This document shows, piece after piece, positions 57,141 to 64,000 of a stretch of DNA of 64,000 nt. The translations under genes and the position numbers were made by a program. The stretch is taken from positions 81,096,001 to 81,160,000 of the forward strand of contig OX597817.1 of NCBI GenBank assembly GCA_951406725.2, read 5' to 3'. This stretch comes from Octopus vulgaris. Lineage: Eukaryota. The notes beneath the pieces were generated by a model. It made no database searches and was not told where the DNA came from. It saw only the letters and a list, made by a program, of their open reading frames with translations. Position 1 is the stretch's first letter. Each line of letters begins with the position of its first letter.

Positions 57141-57315
57141 TTTCGAAACATATATAGCATTTTGGAAGACTCTTACATTAGCATTTCTTAGGAACTCACG
57201 CTTTTAGTATTTATTCATTTCTTTCTTTTTTATGCTGTGTTATCTCTTTTTTCATTCCTGTTTTAGTGTAGTGTATGTATGTATGTATGTATGTATGTAT
57301 GTATGTATGTATGTA

Positions 57316-57875
57316 TGTCAGGTATGTTATGTCAGGTCACTTATGAGGTTCCCACAAGTGCTACTGGTAACATGGAATCCAGTACAATTTGTTGCCTGGT
57401 CGGTTTGTCGGCGACTAAACCGTCAGCCCTACCAGACTATCCTGGTGAGGAGGGCTGCTAAAAACCCAGCAGGATTAAAAACCAGACCTGTTGAAAGGTC
57501 AGATGATCTTAATGCAGGCTCAACGGCTATCTAGCAATAGCATGAGTACGCAGTAATTCCGGATGGTGTCCGGCGTACTAGAAGACCACTGGAAGCGATA
57601 TAAAACCAGATATGTAGGGAACGGCATTGGACATTTTGGGGATCTTTAGTCTGTGCTAGAGATCATGGCGCTCCCACATTCCTGAGCCTGCGACTCATAT
57701 TGGCACCAGACATCTCGCTCTGACTTGTCTCTGGCTAATGCCATTAAAGTGGAGAGGGCCTATGAGGCGTCGTGCAAGCCTTATTGGACCTAAAACTCTG
57801 CACAGACATTGCTGACCTCTGCTCGTCTGAAGGTCAGCAATGGTGTACCTCGATCATGAGTGGATGGCCATCGTG
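57316..57875. mobile_element. About 560-bp structured non-coding element embedded in (TATG)n
   Basis: GC-balanced unique sequence with several hairpins, between (TATG)n runs. Confidence 0.4.
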
Positions 57876-57954
57876 TATGTATATATGTATGTATGTATGT
57901 GTATATATATCTATGTATATAGATATATGTGTGTGTGTCTATACACACACACAC

Positions 57955-58056
<102 letters not shown>

Positions 58057-58144
58057 CTTACGAGATCAGCAACAGTGTGTCGCTAGAAAAAGGATATAGT
58101 TATTTTTTCGAGTGGAATGAGTTCTTCATCGCTAGCCAGGATTA

Positions 58145-58191
58145 ACACACACTGAAGACTGGTAACCACTCAGAAACTCGGGTCTGTGTGT
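58145..58191 (+). ncRNA. Type I hammerhead-like motif
   Basis: ACACACA-CUGAAGA-cugguaaccacuca-GAAAC-UCGG-GUC-UGUGUGU: perfect 7-bp stem I, GUC triplet, imperfect stem II. Confidence 0.6.
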
Positions 58192-58487
58192 ATCACGTAA
58201 GGCTAGAGATGGGAACGATGACCTCCCTTGCAAATATCAATCAGACACAGACTGTGTGTCGTTGGCCAGCTGGACCGGATGTCTTCCTAGAGTTAAAACA
58301 ACAGTAGCGCCGTCCTCTAAAGGACCGCCACATTTAGTTAGTAAATATATATTATATATATATATATGATAGAAGTAAATAGACACCCCATAAAACATCG
58401 CTTTATGTTTATTTTAACTTGAAAAGGTTCATCTTTTTTATTAATTAACATTTCTATTTTTCAGGTTCTATATGTGCCTGTTTAATC

Positions 58488-59477
58488 ATGCCACGCACAA
58501 AAAGGAAGTCTTGGAACTGTTCGAATTTCAAAGAGGCTGTATTGTGGGTCAATCTGAAGGTGGACTTAGCATAAAATCATAGAAAACCTTGGGATCCCGC
58601 TTTCTACAGTTAATAGAGTGACTATGCAGTTCACCAGAGAGGGGTGGGGTCCACATCACCTCGCCCAGGTTGACCAAGGCTCTCTGACAGGACCCTTCGT
58701 TTTGTTAATAGAAGTGTGGAGGATAATCCTCGTATCAATGCTTCTGACATAGCAGAACAAGTTGATATCTGTCCCAGAATAGCTGTCAGGTATCTCCACA
58801 AACCTGGCTACTAATGGCAAAGCAGCAAGAGTGAAGCTACTTCTTCGACCAGCCAATATCACGCGGAGAAAAAATTGGGCCAATGAGATGGTGGAGAGGC
58901 CGTTAGCATTTTGGAACACTGTCGTGTTCTCTGATGAGTACAGATTTTGCTGTACTCATCCGACAGTGGTCAAGTGTGGGGTTTGGAGACTGTGATCAAA
59001 AATTTGACGTGAAAAGATTGCAGCCAACTATGAAACACGTCAGGTATCCTGTGATGGTCTGGGATCAAAGCTGGTGGTGTGAAGGAAACATAAACTCAGA
59101 TAAATATATGTCCATATTGCAGAAAGGACTCCTTCCAATCTTCTCCAGTGGTGAAATGATTAAAGAAGACTAATTATTTATGGAAGATGGGGCACCTTAT
59201 CACACGACTAAAAAGACCCAAGACTGGTTGGAAGAGAATGGCATTAAAAAGCTTCCATAGCCAAACTAGTCACCAGATGAACCTTATTGAACACCTATGG
59301 AGTATAATGGACAGAAACTTCGTAAAAACCAAAAACAAGAAAGTATCCTCAAAGCCAGATCTTTTGAGATTACTGCATGAAACTTGGCAAGAAATTCCTC
59401 AGAGAATAGGATCAGTAGCATGTCTAATGGGGTCCTTGCATTAAAAAATGCAAAGTGCATGTCTACAAAATATTTGA
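58488..59477 (+). pseudogene. Decayed Tc1 (DD34E) transposase
   Basis: MPRTK..EFQRGCIVG, WNTVVFSDE, FMEDGAPYH and SPD.NLIEHLW motifs with many stops and frameshifts; TIRs not found. Confidence 0.85.
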
Positions 59478-59627
59478 TATTCACGTTATAATAATTAAAT
59501 AATTTGAATGTATAATTTCAGATTTAAATAAATTTTAACGATTATAAAGGTGTCTATCTACTTCTGTCATGTTTGTGTATATGTATGTTTGTATATATAC
59601 ATATATACACATATATATATATGTGTG

Positions 59628-59659
<32 letters not shown>

Positions 59660-59702
59660 TGTATGTATGTATGTATGTATGTATGTATGTATGTATAGTG
59701 AT

Positions 59703-60070
59703 ACAGGTGTGGCTAAGCAGCTTGTTTCCCAGCCACAAGGCTTCGAGTTCAGCCCCACTGTGTGGCACCTTGCGCACGTGACTTCTACTATAGCGTCGGG
59801 CCTTGTGGATGTAATAGACGGAAGCTGAAAGAAGCGCGCGCGCGTGTGTGTGTGCGTGTGTGTGTGTTTGTGTGTGTTTATCCTCCCGCCCCTGCACTCG
59901 TTTGACAACCGATGCTGATGTGTTTATCTCCCGGTAACTTAGCGGTACGACAAAAGTGAATAAGTTACAAAGAATAAGTCCTGGGGTCGACTTCCACTAA
60001 AACCCCTTAAAGTGATGATCTAGCATGGCCGCAGTGAAATAACTGAAACTAGTTATAGAATGAAAGAATA
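59703..60070 (+). mobile_element. SINE family A
   Basis: Head and tail similarity. Confidence 0.75.
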
Positions 60071-60469
60071 ATATATATATGCTATATGTATTTTACTAAA
60101 TAATCTAATATCTACCGCAATCTAAAACTAGAGCCGAAAGCAGATTTTAATTAAAGGGAGCCAACTCTTTTAAGCAAGGGAAATAACTCTTTATTCCTAG
60201 CTGATTTTGCATATTAAACTTTAACCAGTGATGGACAACGTGAAAAACCACTCATATTTTACACGACTCTTGACGTGGCACTAGAAAAGAACAAATTAAC
60301 AAGTTAAATGCATTCCATCTTTGAACCGCCGAACATCGTGAGTCACTGTACTTATAAATATCTATATCATACATAACAAATAAAATTCCTGGTCGATATT
60401 AGTTGTATTCTATTTCTTTTGGAATCGAGTGCCGACCTAAGTAAATGTATTGGAGCATTTTGATACTCC

Positions 60470-60691
60470 CTCTCTCTTTTACTTGTTTCAGTCATTTGAC
60501 TGTGGCCATGCTGGAGCACCACCTTTTTAGTCGAGCAAATCGACCCCAGGACTTATTCTTTGTAAGCCTATTACTTATTCTATCGGTCTCTTTTGCCGAA
60601 CCGCTAAGTTACGAGGACGTAAACACACCAGCATCGGTTGTCAAGCGATGTTGGGGGTACAAATACAGACACACAAGCATATATATATATT

Positions 60692-60785
<94 letters not shown>

Positions 60786-60892
60786 CGACGGGCTTCTTTC
60801 AGTGTTTCCGTCTACTAAATCCACTCACAAGGCTTTGGTTGGCCCGAAGTTATAGTAGAAGACACTTGCCCAAAGTGTCACGCAGTGGGACT
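60470..60892 (-). mobile_element. SINE family A
   Basis: Well-conserved reverse complement of 5748-6170. Confidence 0.85.
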
Positions 60893-61177
60893 GCGTGACA
60901 CCTTTGTTTACTGACTGCATGGTTCGTCTCAAAGCAATCTTCTAATCCGAAGATAAAATGCCTGTAATGTCTTGATTTGTTTCGGGTTCGAGTCCCACGG
61001 GTAGCCTTTGATTTTTTTCTAGCCAAAAGGTTTTACAAACCAATATTTACATCGTATCATTTATACCTTTTTGTGATATGCTTTGAGATCCACTGTTCCC
61101 AAGAAAGAATTATATATGTGTGTGCGTGTATGTGTGTGTGTATGTATGTATGTATGTATGTATGTATGTATGTATGT

Positions 61178-61250
<73 letters not shown>

Positions 61251-61267
61251 AATTATATATATATATA

Positions 61268-61468
61268 CGAAAGTTGCTGAAAAGTTGCTGGCTTTAAGAG
61301 TATCGCGAAAATCCAGGTTGGAGGCCTAACCTTCCAAGTTTTTTTAAAGGGCTTAGTAAAAGAGGACTGCTACAATGAGTGTGTGGAATATGTTGAAGAA
61401 AATCATAATTGACTGATCCTCCTGTATTTCCTTTTACCCAAAGCCAGGAACCTTTAACCACCCTTTTG
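61268..61468 (+). mobile_element. Mariner-derived MITE (about 200 bp)
   Basis: Degenerate TIRs gttgctgaaaagttgctggcttt / aaagccaggaacctttaaccacc; internal 'ECV.EYVE' resembles a transposase C-terminus; TA on the left. Confidence 0.6.
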
Positions 61469-61984
61469 TGTGTGGGGGTGAATATATGTGGGTAGGGGGT
61501 TGAAATGTATATATGTCTGCATATGTGTAAAGATAGATATCAATCAATTAGTATCAGTTTCTGTAACAAAAAGAAGAGTTGATTGTATGTGAGAAAGAGA
61601 GTTGGGAAGAAATTAAGAGAAAAAGTAGATTGAGAAACAGAGGGATAAACTTGAAGAGAGAAAGGAGGCGGAGAGAGAACCAGGATGATGATCGTTAGTA
61701 ACAGGTGGAGAATAAATATGAAGGATATCAGACATGAAACAGTAAAACAACAGGAATCGGAAAGTCGTGCAAAGAATTTAGTAAAACGAAATCTAGGTTA
61801 TCAAGAATGATGGCAGTGTATCAGAATGAAGAAAATACCAAGATGCCACAAACAAGGAGGAAAACAATCTGAAGAAAAAAAATAAGATACCAAATTATTG
61901 GTACTTTATATTTTATAGATCTCAACAAGATGAAGGACGAAGTGGACCTCTAGTTTCCAAGAGGTCCAGCAAGTTCGAGCGAGG

Positions 61985-63985
61985 GGTAAGTCGATCACAT
62001 CAACCACAGTACTCAACTGTACTTATTTTATCGACCCCGAAATGATAAAAGGCAAATCTACCTCGGCGAAATTTGAATTCAGAACGTGGAGACTGACGAA
62101 ATGTCACTAAGCAGTTTGCCCGGCGTGCTAATGAAGTAGAAGACACTTGCCCAAGGTGCCACGCAGTAGGACTGAACCCGGAACCATGTGGTTCGTAAGC
62201 AAGCGACTTACCACATAGCCATTCCTGTGTAATTTAAACTCAGAACATAAAACCGGAAGAAACGCCGCTGCACATTTTGTCTATCGGACTAAGTTTTCGG
62301 CCATCTTATCCACCAACCTTTACTATTCGTTTCAAATTTTGGCACCAGGCCAGCAATTTCGGGGTTGGAAGTACGTCGATTACATCGATCCCAGTGTTCA
62401 ATTGGTACTTATTTTGTCGACCACGAAAGGTGTAATTTGAACATGGAGCGGAAAACCCGGAAGCAATGCCGCGACGCATTATTCTCTGACGCGTTAACGA
62501 CTCTGCCTGCTCGCAACCCTCCACCAACCTTTAATATTAATTTCACAATAATCATTTCTTTGTTTTCTTAACTGGCCACAAGGGTGACGGATGAAGTGTA
62601 GTGGAGGTGGGGGCATATTGCAATAAAGAAAAGAACGTTACATCTTACAACTTTCTGATAAACATAGACATAAGATTAACGATTTTATATCTCTCTCTTT
62701 TATCCAAACCATGCAAGTAATTTTATACAAACTCTTTAATTATCGACTTCGTAGTTGCGTTGTTGTTCGTGTATATACTAAGTAAAAATATTAATAAAAA
62801 CAAGCTATTTTTTTCTAAGTTTGATGTATCATTAGTCGGTTAAGATATAAGGAGGAAGTAAATTAGAACATTGGTAGAATCGTTAGGATATCAGACAACT
62901 TGCTGAGCGGCATTTTCTCCCGGTTCTTTACATTCTGAATCCAAATTCCGGACGAAGTCAACTTTGCCTTTCATCTTTTAGTGATTGATAAAATAAAGCA
63001 CCAGTCAAGTATTGGAAATCGATGTAAGCGATTTGCCGCCTCCCCTAAAATTGCTGGCATTACGTCAAGGTAATAATTGTTATTATTATTAATGCGGCGA
63101 AGGCGGCGAGCTGGCAGAATCGTTAGCACGCCGGGTGAAATGCTCAGCAGTATTTCGTCTGTCGCTACGTTCTCAGTTCAAATTCCGCCGAGGTCGACTT
63201 TGCCTTTCATCCTTTCGGGGGTCGATAAATTAAGTACCAGTTACGCACTGGGGTCGATATAATCGACTTTATCCGTTTGTCTGTCCTTGTTTGTCCTTTC
63301 TGTGTTTAGCCCCTTGTGGGTAGTAAAGAAATAGGTATTTCGTCTGCCGCTACGTTCTGGGTTCAAATTCCGCCAAGGTCGACTTTGCCTATCATCCTTT
63401 CGGGGTCGATTAAATAAGTACCAGTTACGCACTGGGGTCGATGTAATCGCCTTAATACGTGTGTCTGTCCTTGTTTGTCCCCTCTGTGTTTAGCCCCTTG
63501 TGGGTAGTAAAGAAATAGAAATAGGTATTTTGTCCGTCTTCACGTTCTGAGTTCAAATTCTACCGGGGTTGACTTTGCCTTGCATCCTTTCGGGGTCGAT
63601 AAATTAAGTACCATTTGAACACTGGGGTCAATATAATCGACTATCCCCCAGACCCAAATTTCAGGCTTTGTGTCTATGAGATCGATTTTGCCTTTCATCT
63701 TTTCGGATCGATAAAATATGTACCAGTGGAGTTCAGGGGTCGATCTAACCGACTTAACCTCTCCTCCGAAATTGTAGGCCTTGTACCAAAATTTGAAACC
63801 ATTATTAGGGCAGCGAGCTGGCTAAACGAAAAGCTTAGCGACATTTCGTCCGTCTTTACGTTCTGAGTTCAAATTTCACCAAGGTTGATTTTGCCTTTCA
63901 TCCTTTCGGGGTACCAGTCGAGTGCTGGACCCAATGTAATCTACTAGAGCCCTTCCTCCCAAATTTCAGATCATATACCTATAGA
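61985..63985. mobile_element. Cluster of SINE-B copies (minus at 61985-62520; plus at 62870-63065; tandem array 63095-63985) and a SINE-A head fragment
   Basis: Repeated B-box plus core modules. Confidence 0.8.
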
Positions 63986-64000
63986 AAAAAAAAAGCAATT

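Overview
Eukaryotic, AT-rich, extremely microsatellite-dense DNA with no recognisable intact protein-coding gene. The repeat repertoire looks like an octopus/coleoid cephalopod genome (inference from family resemblance, not verified). Nearly all ORFs in the track are translations of (AT)n/(AC)n/(ATAC)n/(GATA)n/(TAA)n repeats. Supported content: three families of tRNA-headed SINEs (many copies, some in tandem arrays or nested with TSDs); decayed R4/Dong-type (RLE), CR1 and RTE LINE fragments; two mariner elements with TIRs and TA TSDs, a DD41D-like and a DD34E Tc1 fossil, and a mariner MITE; a non-autonomous Helitron inside a 160-bp tandem repeat; and a candidate TATA/Inr promoter with a first exon on the minus strand near 45.2 kb. 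The main unexplained signal is a set of short non-coding elements embedded in microsatellites that carry type I hammerhead ribozyme (HHR) motifs (about 1.8, 20.9, 38.9/40.8, 49.5 and 58.2 kb). One has an inverted terminal copy beginning at the predicted cleavage site, another has a compensatory U3-A8 core. These fit a diverse, microsatellite-targeting, Penelope-related/retrozyme-like family. Coordinates were read by eye; repeat boundaries are approximate.
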